Made by a program: the position numbers and the translations under genes. From positions 16,116 through 80,115 of the forward strand of contig CAWEFS010000008.1 in the NCBI GenBank assembly GCA_963808375.1: DNA of 64,000 bases, written 5' to 3'. Positions 7,748-17,651 of the stretch are shown here, one piece after another; the stretch's first letter is position 1; each line of letters starts with the position of its first letter. This DNA is from an uncultured Actinomycetota bacterium (lineage in GTDB: Bacteria; Actinomycetota; Actinomycetes; Mycobacteriales; Mycobacteriaceae). The notes beneath the pieces are model-generated. The model saw nothing but the letters and a program-made list of their open reading frames with translations, was not told the origin of the DNA and made no database searches.

Positions 7748-8752
7748 TCAGACTTGCGGGCAGTAATGCTTGGGATTCTTGCGCTCGTCGAGGGGCGGCA
7801 AGTTGCGCGCCGGCGTGTGCACCAGCGGCGCATCGGCCGGGACCCGGCCGGTGGCGCGGTCCCATCCCGCCCGTGCCCGTGGGTGCATGCGGGTCCGGCG
7901 CGGTAGACAGCTGAAAGCCAGGTAAACCAGGTCGCCGAAGCGGCGGTGTAGCCACTCGTCGCGCCGCGACCATTGGTAGCCCATCAGTTGGCGTACCGGC
8001 GGGTCGTAAAGCCCAACGGTCACCCAGACGAAGAACGGTGCCAGCAGTCTGCGTTGCGCAGCCCACAGCCAGGCGGGCAGCCATTGGGCAAACGGCGGTT
8101 TAGGCAGTTCCGTCAGGTTGAGCACCTCGCGCGCCGCCCAGTTGTTCTCCAGCACCTCACGGCACATGTGGTCCCAATAGTCCTGGAACTCCTCCCACGA
8201 CTGGGGAACCGGCCGCATGCTCATGCCGTACATCCGGTACCACTCGATGTGCTCGTCGAACAGTTGGCGCTTCTGCGCTTCGGTCAGGCCACCGCAGAAG
8301 TGTTCGCCCACGTGCAGGGTGCCGACGAAGAAGGTGGCGTGCGCCCAGTAGAAAACGTCGGGATTCAGCGCGTGGTAGCGACGGCCCAGATCGTCGGTGC
8401 CCTTGATGTCGACGTGGTAATCGCGCACATCGGCGCCCGTCGATGCGGAACGGTCACCGTCGAACACCACCCCGCCGATCGGGTAGAGCGATCGCAGCAG
8501 CCGCTGCCAGCGTTCCCGGAAGAAAGTGGAGTGCTGCTCGACGGCGGCGCCGAGTTGGGGATGCATGTTCTGCATGGATCCCGCCCAGGGCCCCTGCAAC
8601 ATGCCGCGCCAGTCGCCGAAGTAACGCCATGTCAGCGAGTCCGGCCCCAACGCTCGCGGCGGCGCGTCGTAACCCAGCGGCGAGACCGGGCAGCCGCCAG
8701 GGACTTCTTCGGCGCTGGTCAGCGGCCCCGCGTCGGACGTATCTTGGGTCAC
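7748..8752 (-). CDS. DUF2236 (MpaB/rubber-oxygenase-like) family protein
   Basis: ORF 7748..8752. Conserved stretch ALNPDVFYWAHATFF and the overall pattern are typical of DUF2236. Position matches remembered Rv0826. Confidence 0.65.
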   Translation of the reverse strand: MTQDTSDAGPLTSAEEVPGGCPVSPLGYDAPPRALGPDSLTWRYFGDWRGMLQGPWAGSMQNMHPQLGAAVEQHSTFFRERWQRLLRSLYPIGGVVFDGDRSASTGADVRDYHVDIKGTDDLGRRYHALNPDVFYWAHATFFVGTLHVGEHFCGGLTEAQKRQLFDEHIEWYRMYGMSMRPVPQSWEEFQDYWDHMCREVLENNWAAREVLNLTELPKPPFAQWLPAWLWAAQRRLLAPFFVWVTVGLYDPPVRQLMGYQWSRRDEWLHRRFGDLVYLAFSCLPRRTRMHPRARAGWDRATGRVPADAPLVHTPARNLPPLDERKNPKHYCPQV

Positions 8753-8820
8753 TGGCGATACCTGTTTCGCTGGGGGGCGCGTTGACTACGCCCGTTGTCA
8801 GATCTCAGACTAGGAGAGAC

Positions 8821-9438
8821 GTGCCGTCCGGTCAACGACGAGGCCGCTGGTATGGCGTCCCGCTGCAGAACCGTCTGGCGTTGCGTCGTGATGAGCTGCT
8901 TGCCGCGGGGGTACAGCTGCTGGGCGCCGAGAACGGGCCGGCGTTGACCGTTCGTGCGGTCTGCCGCACGGCCGGGTTGACCGAACGCTACTTTTACGAA
9001 AGCTTCGCCGACCGCGACGGATTCGTCCGTGCGGTCTACGACGACGTCTGCACGCGCGCGATGTCGACGCTGACCTCGGCGGGCACGCCGAAAGAGGCCG
9101 TAGAGCAGTTCGTTGCCCTGATGGTCGACGACCCCGCGCGCGGGCGGGTCTTGCTGCTGGCCCCGGAAATGGAACCGGTCCTGATGCGCTCGGGCGCGGA
9201 ATGGATGCCGAGCTTCATTGAGCTGCTTCAGCGAAAATTGACCCGAATCGGCGACCCGGTGATCCAGAACATGGTGGCAACCAGCCTCATCGGCGGTCTC
9301 AGCGCGTTGTTCAGCGCCTACCTCGCTGGCCGGCTGACCGCTGACCGGCAGCAGTTCATCGATTTCTGCGTCGACATGCTCCTGGTTCGTCCTGCGACCT
9401 ACGAACTCGCCGAGGACGTCGGAGAGCCGCGCGGCTGA
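8821..9438 (+). CDS. TetR family transcriptional regulator
   Basis: Frame of ORF 8443..9438 trimmed to GTG 8821, preceded by AGGAGA. HTH LTVRAVCRTAGLTERYFYESFADRDGF. Confidence 0.8.
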   Translation: MPSGQRRGRWYGVPLQNRLALRRDELLAAGVQLLGAENGPALTVRAVCRTAGLTERYFYESFADRDGFVRAVYDDVCTRAMSTLTSAGTPKEAVEQFVALMVDDPARGRVLLLAPEMEPVLMRSGAEWMPSFIELLQRKLTRIGDPVIQNMVATSLIGGLSALFSAYLAGRLTADRQQFIDFCVDMLLVRPATYELAEDVGEPRG

Positions 9439-9466
9439 CAGTTCTGAATTGCCACGCTGGGGGAAC

Positions 9467-9496
9467 TTGAATGTCACCGGCATACACACTTATATT
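9467..9496 (+). promoter_or_regulatory. Candidate sigma-A type promoter of desA1 (TTGAAT-18 nt-TATATT)
   Basis: -35-like TTGAAT at 9467-9472 and -10-like TATATT at 9491-9496, about 40 nt upstream of the desA1 GTG. Confidence 0.3.
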
Positions 9497-9533
9497 GAGT
9501 GCAACCGACTGACACAGATACTGGGAGGTCACT

Positions 9534-10547
9534 GTGCCGGATCCACAAGACTTGGACCTGCTGCACGAACTCGAGCCGGTGGTCGAGCGCAACCTCAATC
9601 GGCATCTGCGCATGCACAAAAGCTGGAACCCGCACGACTACATCCCATGGTCAGACGGCAAGAACTTCTACGCGCTCGGTGGTCAGGACTGGGAGCCCGG
9701 CCAGTCCAAGCTCACCGACGTCGCGCAGGTGGCGATGGTGCAGAACCTGATGACCGAGGACAACCTGCCGTCCTATCACCGTGAGATCGCGATGAGCATG
9801 GGCATGGACGGCGCGTGGGGTCAATGGGTGAACCGTTGGACCGCCGAGGAAAATCGTCACGGCATTGCGCTGCGCGACTACCTGGTGGTGACCCGGGCGG
9901 TCGACCCGGTGGAACTGGAGAAGTTACGCCTCGAGGTGGTCAACCGGGGGTTCAGCCCGGGCCAGAACCGCCAGGGCGATTTGTTCTGCGAGAACATCTT
10001 CGACTCGATCCTCTACGTCACGTTCCAGGAACTGGCCACCCGCGTTTCGCACCGCAACACCGGAAAGGCCTGCAACGAGACGATTGCCGATCAGCTGCTC
10101 GCCAAGATCTCGCAGGACGAGAACCTGCACATGATCTTCTACCGCGACATCAGCGAAGCCGGTATGGAGATAGCGCCGAACAAGGCGATGAAGTCGTTGC
10201 ACCGGGTGTTGCGCAACTTCAAGATGCCCGGATTCTCGGTGCCGGAGTTCCGCCGCAAGGCCGTGATGATCGCGGTCGGCGGTGTCTATGACCCGCGCAT
10301 CCATCTCGACGAGGTGGTGATGCCGGTGCTGAAGAAGTGGCGCATTTTCGAGCGTGCGGATTTCACCGGCGAGGCCGCCGAACTGCGCGACGACCTCGCT
10401 CTGCTGATCAAGGAGCTCGAGGTCGCCTGCGAGAAGTTCGAGATCTCCAAGCAGCGCCAACTCGACCGGGAAGCCCGCACCGGCAAGAGGATCACTGCTC
10501 AGGAACTGCACACCACGGCGGGCAAGCTCGTGATGAGCCGGCGGTAG
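9534..10547 (+). CDS. desA1: Acyl-ACP desaturase DesA1
   Basis: ORF 9534..10547. Di-iron soluble desaturase motifs (WTAEENRHG, QELATRVSHRNT..., DENLHMIFY). Strong resemblance to mycobacterial DesA1. GGGAGG Shine-Dalgarno. Confidence 0.9.
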   Translation: MPDPQDLDLLHELEPVVERNLNRHLRMHKSWNPHDYIPWSDGKNFYALGGQDWEPGQSKLTDVAQVAMVQNLMTEDNLPSYHREIAMSMGMDGAWGQWVNRWTAEENRHGIALRDYLVVTRAVDPVELEKLRLEVVNRGFSPGQNRQGDLFCENIFDSILYVTFQELATRVSHRNTGKACNETIADQLLAKISQDENLHMIFYRDISEAGMEIAPNKAMKSLHRVLRNFKMPGFSVPEFRRKAVMIAVGGVYDPRIHLDEVVMPVLKKWRIFERADFTGEAAELRDDLALLIKELEVACEKFEISKQRQLDREARTGKRITAQELHTTAGKLVMSRR

Positions 10548-10553
10548 CCGGCG

Positions 10554-11744
10554 TTGCGCATCGGCCCGATCGAGCTCGCCAGCCCGGTCGTGCTGGCACC
10601 GATGGCGGGCGTCACCAACGTGGCATTTCGCACGCTGTGTCGTGACTTCGGTTCGATGTGTGGCGACCCGCTGCGCCCGGCACCGCCGCGCTTGCGATCG
10701 CCGCGAGAGCAGCCCCGTATCGGAACGGTCAGCGGACTCTACGTCTGCGAGATGGTGACCGCGCGGGCACTCGTCGAGCGTCATCCCGCCACCCTGCACA
10801 TGACGACCTTCGCCGCCGAGGAGACGCCGCGCTCGCTGCAGCTCTACACCGTCGATCCGGCCACCACCTACGCGGCGGTCAAAATGATCGCCGACGAAAG
10901 CCTCGCCGATCACGTCGACATGAATTTCGGGTGCCCCGTGCCGAAGGTGACCCGCCGCGGCGGCGGGGCGGCGTTGCCGTTCAAGCGGCGGTTGTTCGGT
11001 CAGATCGTGGCGGCCGCGGTACGCGCCACGGCCGGCACCGACATCCCGGTGACGGTCAAATTCCGCATCGGCATCGACGACGCCCACCACACCCATCTGG
11101 ATGCCGGCCGCATCGCCGAAGCAGAAGGCGCGGCCGCAGTGGCGTTGCATGCCCGCACCGCGGCACAGCGCTACTCCGGAACGGCGGACTGGGACCAAGT
11201 CGCCCGGCTAAAGCAACAGGTGCGCACGATCCCGGTGCTCGGCAACGGTGACATTTTCGACTCTGCCGACGCGCTGGCGATGATGGCGAGCACCGGATGC
11301 GACGGCGTCGTGATCGGGCGGGGCTGCCTGGGCCGGCCCTGGCTGTTCGCTGAACTGTCGGCGGCTTTCACCGGACGCTCGGCCCCGACGCCGCCCACTC
11401 TGGGCCAAGTCGCCGACATCATCCGGCGGCACGCCGACCTGCTTTCGACGCATTTCGGTGCCGACAAAGGCATGCGCGACCTGCGCAAACACATCGGCTG
11501 GTACCTGCATGGCTTTCCCGCCGGATCCGACTTGCGCCGGGCATTAGCGCTGGTGAAGAGCTACGACGAGCTCGACCGGCTGCTCGGCCGGCTGGACGCC
11601 GACGTGGCCTTCCCAGAGGCTGCCACCGGGCCGCGCGGGCGGCAGGGGTCCCCGGCGCGGGTGGCGCTGCCCGATGGCTGGCTGACCGACAGCGAGGACT
11701 GCACCCTGCCGGCCGGCGCCGACATGATGCACTCCGGCGGTTGA
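10554..11744 (+). CDS. dus: tRNA-dihydrouridine synthase
   Basis: ORF 10554..11744 (TTG). Dus motifs LAPMAGVTNVAFR, DMNFGCPVPKV and HARTAAQRYSGTADW. Confidence 0.85.
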   Translation: MRIGPIELASPVVLAPMAGVTNVAFRTLCRDFGSMCGDPLRPAPPRLRSPREQPRIGTVSGLYVCEMVTARALVERHPATLHMTTFAAEETPRSLQLYTVDPATTYAAVKMIADESLADHVDMNFGCPVPKVTRRGGGAALPFKRRLFGQIVAAAVRATAGTDIPVTVKFRIGIDDAHHTHLDAGRIAEAEGAAAVALHARTAAQRYSGTADWDQVARLKQQVRTIPVLGNGDIFDSADALAMMASTGCDGVVIGRGCLGRPWLFAELSAAFTGRSAPTPPTLGQVADIIRRHADLLSTHFGADKGMRDLRKHIGWYLHGFPAGSDLRRALALVKSYDELDRLLGRLDADVAFPEAATGPRGRQGSPARVALPDGWLTDSEDCTLPAGADMMHSGG

Positions 11745-11984
11745 ATCCGCTGTTTGGTGGCATACGCCACCTCCCGCATCGCGTTTCTGCGCCCGTCTAA
11801 GTACGATGTGGATCTTGTTGCCCCGCAGTCCGGTGGTGGCCGGCCCGGCTTCTGCCGCCGCAGTGCGGGAACGGGGGGCGCGACCCGCTGGTTGCGTGGA
11901 TTTGCAGTGCTGCACCACCGGCACTGTGTTGATGGATGCGCACCGACATGGGCACCTGATCTGCAGTTCGGAGGCCGGTAGGAC

Positions 11985-14096
11985 ATGAGTGACGGCGACG
12001 ACGGCGCCGCTGACGCCACTCGTGCGACCGCTGCCCCCGACGGCAACACAGGGGACGCCGCGCACCCGGCGCTGCGCCCGCTCGGCGCCGCGCCGTGGGA
12101 ACGTTTCCAGCAGCCTCAGAGGTCCCGGAGCGGGTCTGCCGCCGTCACCCCCGTGAAACGGTCCGCATTGTCGCCAGCCGAGGCCGAGCGGTCCGACGGC
12201 AGCGGCGGAAGCCACGCTGGAGGCGAACTCACCGTCGCCGACCTGATCGCGAAGGTCGGCGGAGTGCCGGCCAAGCGGCGCCGCCGTCACCACGCCGCGC
12301 CGGAAGTGGACTTCACCGAGGTACTCACGGCCGTACCCGACGAAGCTGTCCCGGAACTCCCGCCGGCACGGGCCTACGCCGACGAGCTAGCCCACCAGAA
12401 CTCGGTCTATCCACTCGAGGAAGCCGACCCCGGCGACAGCTTCGCTGCCGAAGACAGCGGCAGCGCCGCCTTTGCTGAAATCGACGCAGGCCCCGTTGCC
12501 GACGACCAGAAACCTGCTCGTCGCCGACGGCCGCTGCTGCTGGCCGGGCGGTCGATCGCGGCGCTCATCGCGGTCCTGAGCCTGGGTTTGACCGGTGGGG
12601 CATATCAGTGGAGTGCGTCGAAGAATCACCGGTTGAACATGGTGAGCGCGCTGGACCCGCACTCGCGCGACGTCGTCAACCCCAACGGACAGTTCGGTGA
12701 CGAGAACTTCCTGATCGTCGGCATGGACACCCGCGCCGGGGCGAACAGCCAGGTCGGCGCCGGTGACACCGACGACGCCGGCGGTGCCCGATCGGACACC
12801 GTGATGCTGGTCAACATCCCGGCCAACCGCAAACGCGTGGTGGCGGTGTCCTTCCCACGGGACCTGGCGATTACCCCGGTGCGCTGTGAGGCCTGGAACC
12901 CCGACACCGGCGCGTATGGACCGCTGTATGACGACAAGACCCATTCGTGGGGTCCCGACATGGTCTACACCGAGACCAAACTGAACTCGGCTTTCGCCTT
13001 CGGGGGGCCGAAGTGCCTGGTCAAGGTGATCCAAAAGTTGTCCGGGCTGAGCATCAACCGTTTCATGGCGATCGACTTCGTCGGGTTCTCCAAGATGGTC
13101 GATGCGCTAGGCGGCGTCGAGGTGTGCTCCACCACCCCGCTGCAGGACTACGAACTGGGCACCATCCTGGGACATTCCGGCCGCCAGGTCGTGAGCGGGA
13201 CCACCGCACTGAATTACGTGCGCGCCCGCCAGGTGACGACGGAGGACAACGGCGACTACGGGCGCATCAAACGCCAACAGATGTTCTTGTCATCGCTGCT
13301 GCGGTCGCTGATCTCGAAGAACACCTTCTTGTCGCTGGGCAAGCTGAACAACGTCGTCAACATGTTCATCAACAACAGCTACGTCGACAACGTCCAGACC
13401 AAAGACCTTGTCGACCTCGGTCAATCCGTGCAAGGGCTGACCGCCGGACACATCACCTTCGTGACCATCCCGACCACCGGGATCACCGACGAAGACGGCA
13501 ACGAGCCGCCGCGCACGGCCGACGTGCGGGCGCTGTTCGACGCGGTCATCAACGACGACCCGCTGCCGGAAGAAAACGACGCGAACGCACAGGACTTGGG
13601 TCCGCCGTCGGCCAAGAAGAGCCACTCGACGTCGACTAAGGCCCCGGCGCCGAGCCCCACAAGCCAGCCGCACCCCGACCAGGTGCAGGCGGTGACCACC
13701 GCACCGGAGGCCGTCACAGTTCAGGTTTCCAACGCCACCGGTAAGACCGGGCAGGCCACCACCGCCAGCAACCAGTTGGAGCAGCGCGGTTTCAACGTGA
13801 TGACTCCGAACGACTACCCCAAGACGGTGAAGTCGACGACGGTGTTCTTCTCCCCGGGCAACGAACAAGCCGCCGCGACGGTCGCCACGACGTTCGCGGA
13901 TTCGAAGGTCGAGCGGGTCACCGGCATCGGAAGTCTGGTACAGGTGGTGCTCGGCCCCGACTTCCGGGCGGTGGCCGTTCCCCCACCGTCCGGGTCGTCG
14001 GTCAGCATGCTGGTCAGCCACAACGCCAGCAGTGCCGCGACCAAGCTGCCCGAGGACCTCACCGTCACCAACGCCGCTGACACTCGCTGCGAGTGA
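11985..14096 (+). CDS. LytR-CpsA-Psr (LCP) family cell-envelope phosphotransferase with LytR_C domain
   Basis: ORF 11985..14096. Disordered N-terminus, one TM segment (LLLAGRSIAALIAVLSLGLTGG), LCP core (FLIVGMDTR...RSDTVMLVNIP...VSFPRD...KLNSAF) and a C-terminal LytR_C-like domain. Confidence 0.85.
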   Translation: MSDGDDGAADATRATAAPDGNTGDAAHPALRPLGAAPWERFQQPQRSRSGSAAVTPVKRSALSPAEAERSDGSGGSHAGGELTVADLIAKVGGVPAKRRRRHHAAPEVDFTEVLTAVPDEAVPELPPARAYADELAHQNSVYPLEEADPGDSFAAEDSGSAAFAEIDAGPVADDQKPARRRRPLLLAGRSIAALIAVLSLGLTGGAYQWSASKNHRLNMVSALDPHSRDVVNPNGQFGDENFLIVGMDTRAGANSQVGAGDTDDAGGARSDTVMLVNIPANRKRVVAVSFPRDLAITPVRCEAWNPDTGAYGPLYDDKTHSWGPDMVYTETKLNSAFAFGGPKCLVKVIQKLSGLSINRFMAIDFVGFSKMVDALGGVEVCSTTPLQDYELGTILGHSGRQVVSGTTALNYVRARQVTTEDNGDYGRIKRQQMFLSSLLRSLISKNTFLSLGKLNNVVNMFINNSYVDNVQTKDLVDLGQSVQGLTAGHITFVTIPTTGITDEDGNEPPRTADVRALFDAVINDDPLPEENDANAQDLGPPSAKKSHSTSTKAPAPSPTSQPHPDQVQAVTTAPEAVTVQVSNATGKTGQATTASNQLEQRGFNVMTPNDYPKTVKSTTVFFSPGNEQAAATVATTFADSKVERVTGIGSLVQVVLGPDFRAVAVPPPSGSSVSMLVSHNASSAATKLPEDLTVTNAADTRCE

Positions 14097-14173
14097 CGTC
14101 GTCCCTTTCGCTTCGTCGTGGTGTCACCTGGCGCTTGACGCCGTTTCCGCTGCTGACCACGTAGTCTTGGACC

Positions 14174-14842
14174 ATGCGGACCGCGTACCATGAGCGACTC
14201 ACCGAGTTAACTGACCAACTTGGTGAGATGTGCCGGTTGGCCGGGGTTGCCATGGAGCATGCAACGCAGGCCCTGCTGCAGGCTGATCTGGTGCAGGCCG
14301 AGCAGGTGTTCTCCGACCACGAGCAGATCGCGATGCTGAGTGCTCGAGCCGAGGAAAGTGCGTTCGTGCTGCTGGCGCTGCAGGCGCCGGTGGCCGGGGA
14401 TCTGCGCGCGATCGTGAGCGCCATCCAGATGGTCGCCGACATCGACCGGATGGGTGCGCTGGCCCTGCACGTCGCCAAGATTGCGCGCCGGCGTCATCCC
14501 CAGCACGCCCTGCCCGAAGAGGTCAACGGATACTTCGCCGAAATGGGTCGAGTGGCGGTCGAATTGGGTAACAGCGCCGAGGAAGTGCTGTTGTCCCGCG
14601 ATCCGGAGAAAGCGGCGCGCATCCGCGAAGAAGATGACGCGATGGACCACCTGCACCGGCACCTGTTCAACGTGCTGATGGACAAGGAATGGAAGCACGG
14701 CGTGGCTTCCGCGGTGGACGTGACGCTACTCGGCCGGTTCTACGAGCGGTTCGCCGATCACGCCGTCCAAGTGGCGAGACGCGTCATCTTCCAAGCGACC
14801 GGCAGACTCCCCGACGACGACGCGCTGGCGGCGGCGAACTAG
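14174..14842 (+). CDS. phoU: Phosphate signalling complex protein PhoU (PhoY-type)
   Basis: ORF 14174..14842. Two PhoU repeats (DxxIDxxE-like, [11 protein letters not shown]). TAGTCT sits 6 nt upstream of the ATG. Confidence 0.9.
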   Translation: MRTAYHERLTELTDQLGEMCRLAGVAMEHATQALLQADLVQAEQVFSDHEQIAMLSARAEESAFVLLALQAPVAGDLRAIVSAIQMVADIDRMGALALHVAKIARRRHPQHALPEEVNGYFAEMGRVAVELGNSAEEVLLSRDPEKAARIREEDDAMDHLHRHLFNVLMDKEWKHGVASAVDVTLLGRFYERFADHAVQVARRVIFQATGRLPDDDALAAAN

Positions 14843-14845
14843 TCG

Positions 14846-15622
14846 TCAGCCGAAGCGGCCGGAGATGTAGTCCTCGGTAGCCTTTTGGGTGGGATTGGAG
14901 AAGATCTTCTCGGTGTCGTCGATCTCCACGAGGCGTCCCGGCTTGCCGACGGCTTCGAGGTTGAAGAAAGCGGTCTGATCGCTCACTCGCGCCGCCTGCT
15001 GCATATTGTGGGTGACGATCACGATGGTGTAGTCCTGCTTCAGGTCGGCGATCAGGTCCTCGATAGCCATCGTCGAGATCGGGTCGAGCGCCGAACACGG
15101 TTCGTCCATCAACAGCACATCTGGCTGCACCGCGATGGCGCGGGCGATACACAGCCGTTGCTGCTGGCCTCCGGACAACCCGCCGCCCGGCTTGTCCAGC
15201 CGGTCTTTGACTTCGTCCCAGAGGTTCGCCCCGCGCAGCGAGTATTCGGCGGTCTCGTCGAGCACTTTGCGGCTGCGCACTCCCTGCAGCTTCAAACCGG
15301 CGACCACGTTGTCCCGAATGGACATGGTGGGAAACGGGTTAGGACGCTGAAACACCATGCCGATGGCTCGCCGCACGCCGACGGGGTCGATGCCCGAGGA
15401 GTAGATGTCGTCGTCGTCGAGCATGACCGTACCCTCGACGCGGGCGCCGGGGATGACTTCGTGCATTCGGTTCAGGGTGCGCAGCACCGTCGTCTTTCCG
15501 CAGCCGGACGGGCCGATGAACGCGGTCACGCTGCGCGGCAGCACCGACAGTGATACCCCGGCGACCGCGTGAAACGATCCGTAATAGATGTTCAAGTCCT
15601 TCAGGTCCAACCTCTTGGCCAC
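14846..15622 (-). CDS. pstB: Phosphate ABC transporter ATP-binding protein PstB
   Basis: ORF 14846..15622. Walker [10 protein letters not shown], signature LSGGQQQRL, Walker B LLMDEP. Confidence 0.95.
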   Translation of the reverse strand: MAKRLDLKDLNIYYGSFHAVAGVSLSVLPRSVTAFIGPSGCGKTTVLRTLNRMHEVIPGARVEGTVMLDDDDIYSSGIDPVGVRRAIGMVFQRPNPFPTMSIRDNVVAGLKLQGVRSRKVLDETAEYSLRGANLWDEVKDRLDKPGGGLSGGQQQRLCIARAIAVQPDVLLMDEPCSALDPISTMAIEDLIADLKQDYTIVIVTHNMQQAARVSDQTAFFNLEAVGKPGRLVEIDDTEKIFSNPTQKATEDYISGRFG

Positions 15623-15630
15623 TGAATCTC

Positions 15631-16548
15631 CTAGTCGAAAGCTTTAGGTGCGAAGACTTCGGCCAGCAGCCTGGCCAGGACATTGATGACGGCGATCAAC
15701 GTGCTCAGCGTCAGGGCAGCGCCCCACAGCCGGTCAGTCGGGATGGGGTAGGCACCCGCGCCGGCGGATATCTGGTCGTAGATCATGCTGGGTAATGACC
15801 CCATGAATCCGGCGAACATGTTGAAGTTCATCGCCTCCGAGTAACCCACCAAGATAAGCAATGGGGCTGTCTCGCCCATCACTCTGGCCAACGCCAACAT
15901 GATTCCGGTGATGATGCCGGACAGCCCCGCCGGAATCACAATCCGAACGATGGTCTTCCATTTCGGTATGCCCAGCGCATAGCTGGCCTCGCGCAGATCC
16001 AGCGGGACGATCCGCAGCATCTCCTCGGTCGCCCGGACGATCACCGGGATCATCAGCAGCACTAACGCCAACGACACCGCGAACCCTGAACGACGGAAGC
16101 CCAGTGTGGCGACCCATACCGTGTAGACGAACAGCGCGGCGACGATCGAGGGCACGCCGCTGAGGATGTCCACCGTGAAAGTCGTCAGCCTGGCCAGCGC
16201 GGTTCTGCCGCCGTATTCGACCAGGTAGATTGCGGCGAAAAGGCCGATCGGGATGGCAATCACCGCACATACCAGCCCTTGCAGCATCGTCCCGACGATC
16301 GCGTGATAGGCGCCGCCGCCGGAGACAAATGCCGTCATACCACCTTGAGAATGCGTCCACCACGTGCTGGAAGAAACCGCCCGCACTCCCTGGCGAATCA
16401 CCGAATACAGCACCCAGACCAGGGGCACCAAGGTGATCGCTATCGAGGATTTGACCAGCACGGTGGCGACGTGGTTGGCGACCCGGCGGCGCAGGCTGAT
16501 GCCGCCGATCTTGCGCGACTTGACGGGACGGTCCAGCATCGAAGTCAT
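15631..16548 (-). CDS. pstA: Phosphate ABC transporter permease PstA
   Basis: ORF 15631..16548. Multi-TM permease with EAA-type loop ([15 protein letters not shown]). 4-nt overlap with pstC. Confidence 0.9.
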   Translation of the reverse strand: MTSMLDRPVKSRKIGGISLRRRVANHVATVLVKSSIAITLVPLVWVLYSVIRQGVRAVSSSTWWTHSQGGMTAFVSGGGAYHAIVGTMLQGLVCAVIAIPIGLFAAIYLVEYGGRTALARLTTFTVDILSGVPSIVAALFVYTVWVATLGFRRSGFAVSLALVLLMIPVIVRATEEMLRIVPLDLREASYALGIPKWKTIVRIVIPAGLSGIITGIMLALARVMGETAPLLILVGYSEAMNFNMFAGFMGSLPSMIYDQISAGAGAYPIPTDRLWGAALTLSTLIAVINVLARLLAEVFAPKAFD

Positions 16549-17570
16549 TGGTTCGCTCGCTTGGCGACGGCGGCCCGCGCCAGCGCGTTGACCGCGAACG
16601 TGAGCACGAAAAGGACCAGCCCGGCGGCGATGTAAGCACCGGCCTTGAATTGATCATTGAATTCCAAAGCGGTGGCCGCGATCTTAGTGGCGAAGGTGCG
16701 GCCACCGTCGAACAGCGACCAGCCGAACGCCTGTTGTGTGCCGCGCATGATGATCAGCAGTGCGAGCGTCTCGCCAAGTGCGCGGCCCAGACCCAGCATC
16801 GCGCCGCTGATGTATCCAGAGCGGCCGAATGGCAGCACCGTGGTCTTGACCACTTCCCACCGGGTCGCGCCGAGTGCCAATGCAGCTTCGATCTGGCCCT
16901 GCGGCGTTTGAATGAACACCTCGCGGGTGACCGCGCTGACGATCGGCAGGATCATGATCGCCAGCACGATTCCGCCGGTGAAGATGGTTCCGCCGCCGGC
17001 CACCGACGCGTTTCCGGTAGCGAATAGGAACAACCAGCCCCAGTGCTCGTTGAGCCAGATCGCTATCCCTCGCAACCGCGGTGCCAGCACATACAAACCC
17101 CAGACGCCATAGATCACCGAGGGCACCGCAGCGAGCAAGTCGACCGCATAAGCCAACACACCGGCGACCCGCCGAGACGCGTACTGAATCAGAAAGATCG
17201 CGATGCCCAGCGCTACCGGCATGGCGAGGAACAGCGCGAACAGCGACACCAACACCGTCACCTGGACCATGTCGAAGATCCCAAAGTGCATCGCGGAGGT
17301 GTCGGTGGTGACCCAATTTCCGCCGTAGCTGAAGAAGTTCTCTTTGTCGCGCGCTAGCGCAGGAATCGCTCGCCACAGTAGGAAAACGCCGATTGCGGCA
17401 ATCAAAGCCACGATGAAGACACCGGAACCTACGGACACGGCGCGAAACAGCCGGTCCGCGAGGCGCGCTGTGGTGTTCGCCCAGGGGCGGGCCGGCGTCA
17501 GCTTCGGTCCGGGAAAGGATGCAGCGACGACATAGCCCGAGCCCGCATCGGCTGGATGTGGCGCAGTCAC
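16545..17570 (-). CDS. pstC: Phosphate ABC transporter permease PstC
   Basis: ORF 16545..17570. Multi-TM permease (EAALALGATRWEVV), located between pstS and pstA. Confidence 0.9.
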   Translation of the reverse strand: MTAPHPADAGSGYVVAASFPGPKLTPARPWANTTARLADRLFRAVSVGSGVFIVALIAAIGVFLLWRAIPALARDKENFFSYGGNWVTTDTSAMHFGIFDMVQVTVLVSLFALFLAMPVALGIAIFLIQYASRRVAGVLAYAVDLLAAVPSVIYGVWGLYVLAPRLRGIAIWLNEHWGWLFLFATGNASVAGGGTIFTGGIVLAIMILPIVSAVTREVFIQTPQGQIEAALALGATRWEVVKTTVLPFGRSGYISGAMLGLGRALGETLALLIIMRGTQQAFGWSLFDGGRTFATKIAATALEFNDQFKAGAYIAAGLVLFVLTFAVNALARAAVAKRANQ

Positions 17571-17651
17571 TGTGCTCCCCTTGGTGTCGTTCCCGTCGGT
17601 TCCTCAACAATGATGTCCGCAGACGGCGTCGCCCACGAGTCGCCTACTCGA

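Noticed and set aside
9534-10547. Antisense sRNA to desA1 (ASdes, described in M. tuberculosis)
   Set aside because: Known from the literature, but I could not identify a convincing antisense promoter or terminator in this sequence, so it is not supportable here.
9924-11198. 424-aa minus-strand ORF; similar long antisense ORFs at 5063..6556, 49181..50686, 60509..61678, 62387..63517, 41623..43137, 15734..16705 and 16684..17610
   Set aside because: Each overlaps a confidently identified gene on the opposite strand or in another frame and translates to Arg/Gly/Pro-rich sequence without family motifs.
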